NCBI GenBank assembly: GCA_050633245.1 | Contig: JBOEGD010000009.1 | Location: 128,001-192,000 of the forward strand | DNA: 64,000 nucleotides | Direction: 5' to 3' | Source of the DNA: Calditrichia bacterium | GTDB lineage: Bacteria; Calditrichota; Calditrichia; RBG-13-44-9; J075 | Shown here: piece by piece, positions 19,391 through 28,142 of the stretch | How positions within the stretch are numbered: the first letter of the stretch is position 1 | Layout: the number at the start of each line of letters is the position of its first letter | Position numbers and translations under genes: made by a program | Notes under the pieces: generated by a model | The model's database searches: none | What the model was told of the DNA's origin: nothing | Seen by the model: only the letters and a program-made list of their open reading frames with translations

Positions 19391-19541
19391 GGGAGAGACG
19401 ATCTACCCACTACCAGCGAATCCGCGATAGCGGAGAGCGATCTACCCCCTACCAGCCCGACGCAGGAGGGCGGTCTACCAGTCGATCCCGACACTTCGGG
19501 AGAGACGATCTACCTCCAGCCCGACGCAGGAGGGCGGCCTA
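19391..19541. repeat. Modular palindromic repeat cluster B in the fabH leader
   Basis: GGGAGAGACGATCTAC x2, CCAGCCCGACGCAGGAGGGCGG x2, hairpins TCCGCGATAGCGGA and CCCGAcactTCGGG. Confidence 0.75.
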
Positions 19542-19556
19542 ATAACAGGAGATGAA

Positions 19557-20552
19557 ATGAAGAACTCAATAATCGTTGGTACCGGACATTACGTACCTCA
19601 GAAGGTAGTGACGAATGCCGACCTCGAAAAATTAATGGATACCTCGGACGAGTGGATACAGGAGCGCACCGGTATAAAGGAACGCCGTTGGGTAAGCGAG
19701 GGTGAAACGCAGTCGTTTATGGCCGAGAAGGCCACGCGCATGGCGCTGGATGATGCCGGGATGCAGCCGGAAGACATTGAGTTTATTGTGTTCGCCGGAA
19801 TTGCCAGTGAGTATATGTTCCCCGGTGGGGCTTGCTTTTTAGGTGAGCGCTTAGGCCTGCCCGGCGTGCCGGCACTGGATATTCGCCAGGCCTGTAGCGG
19901 CTTCGTCTATGCGCTGTCTATTGCCGATAAGTTTATAAAGACCGGCACCTATAAAAACGTGCTGGTTATTTGCAGCGAGATTCAAAGCACCAGCATTAAT
20001 AAAAGCACTGAGGGCCGCGATATTTCGGTGATCTTTGCCGACGGCGCCGGAGCCGCCATGCTGACCGCCACCGACGACAATAGCAAGGGCGTGCTAACCA
20101 CCCATTTACATGCCGACGGCAGCCACAAGGAAAAGCTGGTAGTGCGCAAACCCTCTATTAACGACCCGCAGCGCATTAGTGCCAATACACCGAACGATCC
20201 GGACGTGTACCCCTATATGGACGGACGCTTCGTCTTCAAGCACGCCATTGTAAACTTTAGCAGGGTAATTGGTGAGGCGCTGGCCGCTACCGGTAACCAG
20301 GTGTCTGACATTAATCTGCTGATCCCCCACCAGGCCAATAAGCGTATTAGCGAGATGGTAGGCAAAAAGCTCGGCCTTAGCGAAGAGCAGGTCTTCCACA
20401 ATATTCAGAAATACGGCAATACCACCGCCGCCAGTATACCCATTGGCCTCAGCGAAGCAATGCGCGAAGGACGCATAAAAAAGGGCGACCTGGTATGCAT
20501 GGCGGCCTTTGGTGCCGGCTTTACCTGGGGGAGTGTTCTGGTGAGGTTTTGA
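19557..20552 (+). CDS. fabH: 3-oxoacyl-ACP synthase III
   Basis: DTSDEWIQERTGIKERR; ACSGF (Cys), PHQAN (His), YGNTTAASIP (Asn); FGAGFTWG; AGGAG RBS. Confidence 0.97.
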   Translation: MKNSIIVGTGHYVPQKVVTNADLEKLMDTSDEWIQERTGIKERRWVSEGETQSFMAEKATRMALDDAGMQPEDIEFIVFAGIASEYMFPGGACFLGERLGLPGVPALDIRQACSGFVYALSIADKFIKTGTYKNVLVICSEIQSTSINKSTEGRDISVIFADGAGAAMLTATDDNSKGVLTTHLHADGSHKEKLVVRKPSINDPQRISANTPNDPDVYPYMDGRFVFKHAIVNFSRVIGEALAATGNQVSDINLLIPHQANKRISEMVGKKLGLSEEQVFHNIQKYGNTTAASIPIGLSEAMREGRIKKGDLVCMAAFGAGFTWGSVLVRF

Positions 20553-20632
20553 GTAAGATATTTGATTAGATAGTAATTGACCATTAATGTCAATTACATG
20601 TTGAAGCTTTGGCTATACTTTAGAGACGAAAA

Positions 20633-20722
20633 TGTCGTGCAGAGCGGAGTCGAAGCGCACATTTTCGTTAATTGAGCTGCTAAATGGTTTGTCTAAGCGC
20701 CTCGACTCCGCTCTGCGTGACA
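20633..20722. repeat. 90-bp inverted-repeat element (REP doublet/MITE-like)
   Basis: 26-bp arms TGTCGTGCAGAGCGGAGTCGAAGCGC and GCGCCTCGACTCCGCTCTGCGTGACA; two of three mismatches are G-T wobbles. Confidence 0.8.
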
Positions 20723-20788
20723 AAAATATTGATATAGATTTCAAACCGTAATTCGCATCATTGTTAATAAAGGGTGATTGGGAGATAA

Positions 20789-21232
20789 ATGACTATTGAA
20801 ACTTTTTCTGCAATCGCGCAGATCATAAGTTCAACGGTTGTGATCATATCAATTTTAGTTGCTCTAAGGACGCTAAGCGAAATGAAAAACGCAAGATATT
20901 TAGAGGCAATGCTTAGGATATATGATATGATTGGATCGAAAGAAGCACGAACGGACCGAAAATACGTTTGCAATAAGTTGCCAAACAACCCTGGGAAGTT
21001 AAAGGCAAAGGATTGGGAGATTGTGAACAGGATATCAACTCAATTGGACCGTATTGCAAACTTGGTTCATCATAAGTTAGTACCTGAAAAATATCTTCTT
21101 CACACACATCGGCATCTTTTCATTAAGATGTGGGAACAGCTTGAGGAGCACATAGTTTATTGCCGTTGCAAGGAAGGCGCTGAAAATCACGTTAAAAAAT
21201 TTGAAAAATTCTATAACTTCTGCAAAAATTAA
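20789..21232 (+). CDS. Hypothetical single-TM protein, DUF4760-like
   Basis: N-terminal TM, then LDRIANLV...W..L..HI...R......FEKFY pattern; GGGAG RBS; AT-rich; family assignment from recall. Confidence 0.7.
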   Translation: MTIETFSAIAQIISSTVVIISILVALRTLSEMKNARYLEAMLRIYDMIGSKEARTDRKYVCNKLPNNPGKLKAKDWEIVNRISTQLDRIANLVHHKLVPEKYLLHTHRHLFIKMWEQLEEHIVYCRCKEGAENHVKKFEKFYNFCKN

Positions 21233-21238
21233 TAGAGC

Positions 21239-21301
21239 CTGGTGTGCATGGCAGCCATTGGGGCCGGAGTATACCTGGGGAGTATGTTGGTGCGGTTTTA
21301 G
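21239..21301 (+). repeat. Diverged duplicate of the last 63 bp of fabH (20490-20552)
   Basis: Translates LVCMAAIGAGVYLGSMLVRF* vs FabH LVCMAAFGAGFTWGSVLVRF* (15/20 identical). Confidence 0.92.
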
Positions 21302-21419
21302 GAAGCTAGTCTTGTATTTGCACGTAATAAAAGAAACATTTCAAATTTCTTAAAAGATACCAGCTAACTAACTATATAAGTTGATTTAAATAATCGTAAC
21401 TTTAAAAGACGATTTATTC

Positions 21420-24400
21420 ATGAGAACAACCCTAAAAGTTATTGCCCTATTTTTTTCCCTCTTAATAATAACTTTTTTACAGATCGAAACAAATGAGAAC
21501 AAAAAAAGACGCCTAGCTTCTAGACTTAATGTATCATCCAACCTTGAATTAGCAGAACATTACTTTCTCCATGCCAAATATGATAGCTCACTTCAGATCT
21601 ACTCCGAACTAGTAAACTCACCAACATTGCCTCCTAAAGAGAGTATATCCTATCAGATTAAGATTGCCAATCTAAATAGTTTAAAAGGCGAACACGAATT
21701 GTCACTTCGAATTCTTGAAGAGCTAATTTGCTCTGTTAGAAGTGAAAGTGAATATTTTAAGAAAGAGCTTGAACAACTATATAGGATATATGGGCAAACT
21801 CTAAAAAGAGACGGAGAACACGAAAAGTCCTTTGAGTTTCATCGCAAAGCGCTCATGCTTTCGAGAAGGATTTATGGAGGTAATAGCCTTGAGATTGCAA
21901 AGACCTATAACAATCTTGCAATTTCATTCTTTTATATCGGAAAGTATGATAGCTCAAAGTATTATTTTAGCAAAGCCTTAGAAATAAGAACCGTAAAGTT
22001 AGGCTTGTCAAATTTAGAGGTCGCAAAACAATACAACAACCTAGGCATAATTAGTTTTCAAGCAAAAGAATATGAATTAGCATTGAGTTATTTAAATACA
22101 TCCTTAATGATAAGGAAGCGCCTTCTTAAATATCAACATCCATTAATTGCCAGCAACCTATTAAATATTGGCAATATTTATCTAACCCTCGGAAGCTTTG
22201 AATTGGCTTTATATTATCTAAACGAGTCTAATAAAATTCGACTGTCAATATTTGACAAAAACCATACATCACTTACTAAGGGATACAATTCAATAGGTGT
22301 CGCCTTTAAGAATCTTGGCCAAATTGGTAAAGCACGCAAAAACTTTCAGAGGGCATATCAAATTTCGACAGTCAACTACCGTAGACCACCCCGGAATTCA
22401 GCATACTATCTTTCAAATATTGGGGAGTCATATGCACTAGAAAACAAACATCAAATGGCTATAGAGTATCTTGAAAGAGCTAACAAAATTTTATCAAAAG
22501 CTCCACAAAGTTCTATTCCCGAAAGAGTCGAAACATGTCTACTTCTTGCCGAAAGTTACTCAGCCATATCTGACTCACAACAAGTAAACCGAAGCTTTAA
22601 CCTCGCTTACAAGCTAATCAATGCTACCTCCCCCGTAGATCATTCCATACTCGCAAAGTTCTTTTTAATTAAGGGCAAACATTACTTCAAGTCCCAACGC
22701 CTAAAAAAAGCAGACAAATATATTCAGCAAGCCGTGGATTTGGTCGAGCTTTCTTTAAACGGACAGTTAAACACTGATCATAGAAGTATTTTTACTTCGG
22801 TTAACCCAAAGCTTAAACTGCAAATTTTAAAGATTCAAAGGCAACTTTGCACTTTAAAATTATCAAAACAAAAAATCAAAAAGAATTCCAATAGCCACCG
22901 CTCTTTGGATAATTCTAAAGTTAGGAAGCAACTTCAAAGAAATGAGATGCAAACACTTATTACCTTTCAAAATCTTAAAACCTTTTTTCCAATCCTAACT
23001 ACAAGAAAAGACTTAGCCACAGGAAGAAATAACTCCAGAGAGCGGCTTCTAGCTACACGGGAAGATATACCTACTGAAGAGACTGATTCAAATAGAACTG
23101 AGTTTAGTGATCTCTGTCTGTTCATAGCTGCGACAAAACAACCAGACTTATTCTCTCATCGAGAGATGATATCAGCATTACAAAAACTTAAACTAACAGA
23201 TTCATTGCTCATAAAGTTACAAATACTTAGATCAGAAATTCAAAGGCTATCAGTTGAAATAGATAACTTTGATCCAACTTCAAATACTCCTTCATCAGCT
23301 TCGACAAACAGGCTGGAAAACGTACTTAAATTCGATGTCTTAAGCAGTTCCTTTTTCAATAGTTTAAGTAGTAGAGGTCCAACACGGTTTTCGATTAGAA
23401 ATAGGATCAATGGACTTTCACAGGAGCTTGTAAATCTTAATAGAGATACAGCAATACTAGATTTCTATTGGACTACTTCAGGCGTTTATGTTTTTGTTAT
23501 ACTAACTGACCGAATCGAAAGTTTTTTTATATCTAACTCAACCATTTCGAAGAAGAAAATAGCTACATTTCGCTCATCTGCGCTACGTTTGTCTCTTAAA
23601 AGAAACTTTCAAAGCTCTTTTTCAGAGCTATATAAATCTATTTTTGAAACTATTCACGTTAAAATAAGAAATTGTAGCGAACTAATCGTTATTCCCGATG
23701 GCCCTTTAAATTCGATTCCATTTGAAGCCTTCATTTCAAATCATAATAAGAGCAAAAGTGAAAATTTACTAGACCGCTTCAATATACGGTACAACTATTC
23801 GCTACCACTTGCGATTCGATCTCTAAGAGCCAAAAGTTTGAATAGAAAAAATGAAATAATCTCCTTTGCTCCAGCGTTTAAAACGATCCCCGCATCTTTC
23901 TCTTCTATGCTAAAACGTTACTGGTGGCCAGATCAAAGCCCAACTAATATTAGAAACAATAATATTAAAGCACTGCCACAATCAGCTAATGAAGTAACAA
24001 AGATAGCTTCGTTGTACAGCATTGCACAAAAATCAAATTTAATCTTTTTAAACGAGAACGCAACGGAGACACAATTCAAAAAGCTTGCATCAAGCGCTAA
24101 CACCATTCACCTTGCTACTCACAGCATCATCGACTCTGAAAATCCCGACAGCTCGGCCATCCTCTTTTATCTGCCCTCCGACAGCACTGCTGAAGACGAC
24201 GGCTACCTCTACCCACAGGAAATAGAATCCCTATATATACCGGCAGACCTGGTTGTCTTAAGCTCCTGCGACGGCGCAGCCGGCACTGAAGTTCCCGGTG
24301 AGGGCATCTTCACTTTGGCGCGCAGCTTTCTCATGGCTGGGGCAAATTCAGTAGTGGCATCCTTGTGGAAGGTCCCGGATGAGTTCACCAAAAAGCTGAT

Positions 24401-24536
24401 GGTAAAGTTTCATAGCTACCTGCTGGCGGGTAAAAGCAAAGCCGCTGCCCTGCGTCAGGCCAAGCTGGACTTGTTAGCAGAAAACCCGGAGCTGCCACCA
24501 AAGTTTTGGGCGGGATTTATTTTGATTGGTAGTTGA
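21420..24536 (+). CDS. TPR-repeat CHAT-domain (caspase-like) protein with N-terminal hydrophobic anchor
   Basis: TPRs (YNNLAISF, YNNLGII, LLNIGNIY); IVIPDGPLNSIPFEA; IHLATHS (His) and VVLSSCD (Cys); SVVASLWKV; FWAGFILIG. Confidence 0.92.
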   Translation: MRTTLKVIALFFSLLIITFLQIETNENKKRRLASRLNVSSNLELAEHYFLHAKYDSSLQIYSELVNSPTLPPKESISYQIKIANLNSLKGEHELSLRILEELICSVRSESEYFKKELEQLYRIYGQTLKRDGEHEKSFEFHRKALMLSRRIYGGNSLEIAKTYNNLAISFFYIGKYDSSKYYFSKALEIRTVKLGLSNLEVAKQYNNLGIISFQAKEYELALSYLNTSLMIRKRLLKYQHPLIASNLLNIGNIYLTLGSFELALYYLNESNKIRLSIFDKNHTSLTKGYNSIGVAFKNLGQIGKARKNFQRAYQISTVNYRRPPRNSAYYLSNIGESYALENKHQMAIEYLERANKILSKAPQSSIPERVETCLLLAESYSAISDSQQVNRSFNLAYKLINATSPVDHSILAKFFLIKGKHYFKSQRLKKADKYIQQAVDLVELSLNGQLNTDHRSIFTSVNPKLKLQILKIQRQLCTLKLSKQKIKKNSNSHRSLDNSKVRKQLQRNEMQTLITFQNLKTFFPILTTRKDLATGRNNSRERLLATREDIPTEETDSNRTEFSDLCLFIAATKQPDLFSHREMISALQKLKLTDSLLIKLQILRSEIQRLSVEIDNFDPTSNTPSSASTNRLENVLKFDVLSSSFFNSLSSRGPTRFSIRNRINGLSQELVNLNRDTAILDFYWTTSGVYVFVILTDRIESFFISNSTISKKKIATFRSSALRLSLKRNFQSSFSELYKSIFETIHVKIRNCSELIVIPDGPLNSIPFEAFISNHNKSKSENLLDRFNIRYNYSLPLAIRSLRAKSLNRKNEIISFAPAFKTIPASFSSMLKRYWWPDQSPTNIRNNNIKALPQSANEVTKIASLYSIAQKSNLIFLNENATETQFKKLASSANTIHLATHSIIDSENPDSSAILFYLPSDSTAEDDGYLYPQEIESLYIPADLVVLSSCDGAAGTEVPGEGIFTLARSFLMAGANSVVASLWKVPDEFTKKLMVKFHSYLLAGKSKAAALRQAKLDLLAENPELPPKFWAGFILIGS

Positions 24537-24607
24537 AACATAGGGAACAAGAGATGAGCAATGAGTTGTTTTGGCGAAGGTCTAAATAAGGTAGATGAAA
24601 TACAAGT

Positions 24608-24635
24608 CCCACGGGATCATTTCTGACCCCATGGG
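24608..24635. terminator. Imperfect hairpin between convergent genes
   Basis: CCCACGGGATCA-TTTC-TGACCCCATGGG. Confidence 0.5.
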
Positions 24636-24653
24636 GTGTTTGCTACCAATACT

Positions 24654-27533
24654 TTATTCAATCATTAACATTTTACGCGTTTGAATAATGTTTCCGGCCT
24701 CTAGTCGCAAGAAGTAAATACCACTGGCAACGCGTTGACCGCTATCATCAGTCCCATTCCACGATATGCTGTATTCACCGGCTTCAACACTCTCCTCAAC
24801 CAAGATATTCACTTTCTGCCCCAGCGCATTATAAATTATAAGACTGATGTCGGAACGCTCTGCCAGAGCGAAACGAATGGTTGTGGAAGGATTGAATGGG
24901 TTTGGATAATTACCAATAATACTGGTAGACAAACTGGTATTATTCGTAATACTATTCTTAGCCTTCGGATTGTACTGAACCTGAAACTCATGTTGTGCGC
25001 AATTATCCGTTGATGTATCAGTTATTAGCAGTTTTACGGTCAGATCGGTGCCATCCATTGTGACCGACTGTGTTGTACCCGTTCCAAGAGTCACCCAACT
25101 TCCTCCATCCTCTTTAAAAGACCACTGATAGGTATAGCTCCCTGATCCCCCGGCAACGCTAGACGTATAGGTAGCACTTTGCCCTGAACCAAGCTCAGCT
25201 GCTCCGCTAATAGATGCAGTATAAGATTGTCCGATATAGGGCCAGCTATTGTAGTTCGCCAGTGGATCGGGACGCTCCAAATAACCATATTTTTTTACCC
25301 ACTCGATCATACTTACCAAACTGGTGACGGATGAATTTCCGTAATGCCCGTCTGGAAAGGCACCGGTAGGTGAGTTTAGATCGCTTCGGGAATCCCAAAC
25401 AGATTTTATGTTCGGGTCATACGCATAAATAGTGTCTGCAAAAATTTCCCAACCAGGATATTCCGTAGTATCTGCATGAGCAGCCTCACTGCCATAACGT
25501 TTTGCCCAGTAAATAAAGTCTTTGCTATCGTTCCAGCCTTCGGACGCGGCTTCGGCTGAATCGGGCAGATGTGCATCCGGAAACAATGCTCTTAGGTCTG
25601 AACGGGAGCGCCATATGAGATGGATAGGTGAACGAGTAGTGCCAACTTCATTGTAAAGGGCAGGCGTATACACATATTCGCCATGCCCGTTGTCTAATAT
25701 CCTGGTTGCATTAATAAATTCAACCTGCGAATCGTCTATTTCTGTCGTTAGTAAAGCCAGATAAACACTGTCCGACATCCAGTTGCTGCTTTCTGTCAAG
25801 GAATAGTCCGAATAATTGCTCAGGTAATCCGGCGTATGTTCAATCATATAATCCGTAACAATGTCGCTGGAGATGCTCGGATAGCTATCATTGGGATTAG
25901 AATAGTTTTTGTTCATTATTGCCTTCGGCATATAAAAGGTATCTCGCCCATTTATCACTCCCGAGTCCACAGGAATGGTAGAAAAATAAGCAGAGCTATA
26001 GTGAATAGCTCTAGTCGCTGCGCTTGGAGATTGTCGACTCGGAGAGCTCGGTGTAGTAAGTGTTTTAATGGCATCTGTAAAGCTATGATACCAGTCATTT
26101 GTACCCGAAGTATCAATGATTGTCAGATTTCCAACTAACAAATCATCTTTAGTAATGCTAGATACGGGGTCAGGTCTCTCCCCATCTGAAGTAGCCCAAA
26201 ATTGCCAGCGAGCCTGTACATTGCCCCAACCAAAAATTACATGATAATCAGCTCCTTCATCATAAAATGCCATCATCTGGTCTTCAAAGTCATCAGATAA
26301 ATCATTTGCGGCTACTTCATGAGAACTTGCAAGTGGATCCACCATCGGATCTGTCACGGCAAATCCTTTGGTTGACAAATGCCAATTTGTTTCTGAAGAG
26401 AATCCTCTACGAGTATGGATACTTCCAGGTTGATCATCCCAGTATTCGCAAATCGAACGAGAGAAATCGGCGCTAAAATTAAAATAATCTCTAAAACCTG
26501 GTATATCGGCAACCCGGAGTCCATAAGCTTTTTCCATGAAAGGAGTTGCATCGAAATAACCGCGAAAATCAAGCCGCTTATCGTAAATACTTCCGAACTG
26601 AATTCCCATACGAAAGCCGTTAGTATTAGTTATGTCAGCAAACTCATTTGCAAGTGAGAGCAACGCCTCTGATTTAAAGCTTAGCCAATCGATACGCCCT
26701 GGTAGTAGATCATAGCCATCAGAATCTACCAATTCAAGATGCCAATTGTAATTGGCTGGATCTATAGTAAATGAATTGATTAGTGTATCACCCCATGCAG
26801 CTTCAAGTCGTGATATATCATTATCATATTTTGCCTTTAGGTACGTTATAAATGCAGTCTTCTCAAGAGCTGAGTACCCCGTCATCCGCCAGTCAGAATC
26901 AAGTTCAAATTCAGCAGTCAAGTTGATGCTCGGTGTAAATTCAATCGGTCGACGAGCTCGGCCAGAGTGATGGTTAGTGCCTTCGTAATCATATAGTAAT
27001 GGCGTATTCACCACTAATGTATCTTTGACGTGTAATACAACCTTTTCGTAGAATATTTTCATCCTATCTGTTCCAAGAGAAGATGAGGGGTGAAAATATC
27101 GATCAGACGTTCCATCACTTCCTTTTGCAATTATTTCTCCAAATTTATCCGTGTGAAATTCTTTGTCTTGATACTGCCCTTCCGAATCAGGCTCAGCCCA
27201 ATCAGGTAGAAATGATCCCATGCGAACGAGAATGTTCACATCAAGCCCTGCGTTTAAGATTTTCAATAGTGCAGCATCAAAATCAGTCCAATTGAATACA
27301 TTACGAGTCGGTTCAATGTCACTCCAAATTGCATAGAGCTGCACACCTGTTGCCCCCCAGTCATCTCGTATCGCCTCGAGCCAAAGTTGTCCGGTATCCC
27401 CTCCAAAGTCCTCGTTAATAGTCCATGGAAATGCTGTAAAATATACTCCATAAGCTTCGGAGTCTGCAGTTTTGGACTGCGCCTGCGCCATTCCGGATAG
27501 GAATAGCAGTGTTAAAAAAAATCGTTTAATCAT
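24654..27533 (-). CDS. Secreted glycoside-hydrolase-like TIM-barrel protein (GH42-like) with PKD-like domain and FlgD-Ig/T9SS-type CTD
   Basis: Signal peptide; WSDIEPTRNVFNWTDFD, PDWA, FITYLKAKY...LEAAWG; GGSGSYTYQWS; GNYPNPFNP CTD; AGGAGG RBS. Confidence 0.82.
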   Translation of the reverse strand: MIKRFFLTLLFLSGMAQAQSKTADSEAYGVYFTAFPWTINEDFGGDTGQLWLEAIRDDWGATGVQLYAIWSDIEPTRNVFNWTDFDAALLKILNAGLDVNILVRMGSFLPDWAEPDSEGQYQDKEFHTDKFGEIIAKGSDGTSDRYFHPSSSLGTDRMKIFYEKVVLHVKDTLVVNTPLLYDYEGTNHHSGRARRPIEFTPSINLTAEFELDSDWRMTGYSALEKTAFITYLKAKYDNDISRLEAAWGDTLINSFTIDPANYNWHLELVDSDGYDLLPGRIDWLSFKSEALLSLANEFADITNTNGFRMGIQFGSIYDKRLDFRGYFDATPFMEKAYGLRVADIPGFRDYFNFSADFSRSICEYWDDQPGSIHTRRGFSSETNWHLSTKGFAVTDPMVDPLASSHEVAANDLSDDFEDQMMAFYDEGADYHVIFGWGNVQARWQFWATSDGERPDPVSSITKDDLLVGNLTIIDTSGTNDWYHSFTDAIKTLTTPSSPSRQSPSAATRAIHYSSAYFSTIPVDSGVINGRDTFYMPKAIMNKNYSNPNDSYPSISSDIVTDYMIEHTPDYLSNYSDYSLTESSNWMSDSVYLALLTTEIDDSQVEFINATRILDNGHGEYVYTPALYNEVGTTRSPIHLIWRSRSDLRALFPDAHLPDSAEAASEGWNDSKDFIYWAKRYGSEAAHADTTEYPGWEIFADTIYAYDPNIKSVWDSRSDLNSPTGAFPDGHYGNSSVTSLVSMIEWVKKYGYLERPDPLANYNSWPYIGQSYTASISGAAELGSGQSATYTSSVAGGSGSYTYQWSFKEDGGSWVTLGTGTTQSVTMDGTDLTVKLLITDTSTDNCAQHEFQVQYNPKAKNSITNNTSLSTSIIGNYPNPFNPSTTIRFALAERSDISLIIYNALGQKVNILVEESVEAGEYSISWNGTDDSGQRVASGIYFLRLEAGNIIQTRKMLMIE

Positions 27534-28046
27534 GCGAATAAGCCTCCTAAAATCAAGTTCCAGTTAGTTGAATTCCCCAACTCCATACCAAAACCGATTT
27601 TTTTTCCTGGTATACGATACCTCCTTCTCCTTATAAGGTTTAATGGCTCTGAGAATTTTGACATGTGGGCTTGAGTACAACGTTTTAATGTCCCATGACC
27701 GATTATTTGGGATATAAAATAGCGCTCTCGAGCCCGGTTTTTTTGGCGCTCGCAGTAGAACTAGACATGTTGACTTTTGCTGTCTTTGATATTTTGGCAG
27801 ACAGATCCGTACGACAACTCCAAAACCGTAAGCAGGTCAATCAGTAGCGATTAGATTGAGGAAAAAGTATCAATGGAAACCTTGAAAAAATTTTCAAGGA
27901 AAGCAAGACATTTCTTTTTATATACCTGTTTTTAAACAACTTGTAAATATTTATCCAGTGGTTTTGTAGCCGGGTATTGACATCTCGTTTTTATCTGACA
28001 GACAACGGTGACAAGGTTTGTAGATTCCGCTTTCCTATCGATTTCG

Positions 28047-28103
28047 CAAAGCCCGCAGCTGCCACCAAAGTTTTGGGCGGGGTTTATTTTGGTTGGAAAT
28101 TGA
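28047..28103 (+). repeat. Second copy of the last 57 bp of the CHAT gene (24480-24536)
   Basis: QSPQLPPKFWAGFILVGN* vs ENPELPPKFWAGFILIGS*; 41 of the last 45 nt identical. Confidence 0.95.
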
Positions 28104-28142
28104 ACCAGTCTTCAGAACACAGAATAAAAAGCAGGAAACTCT

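Noticed and set aside
19011-19541. Possible CRISPR array
   Set aside because: No constant-length repeat with unique spacers; the variable parts are themselves recurring palindromes; no cas genes
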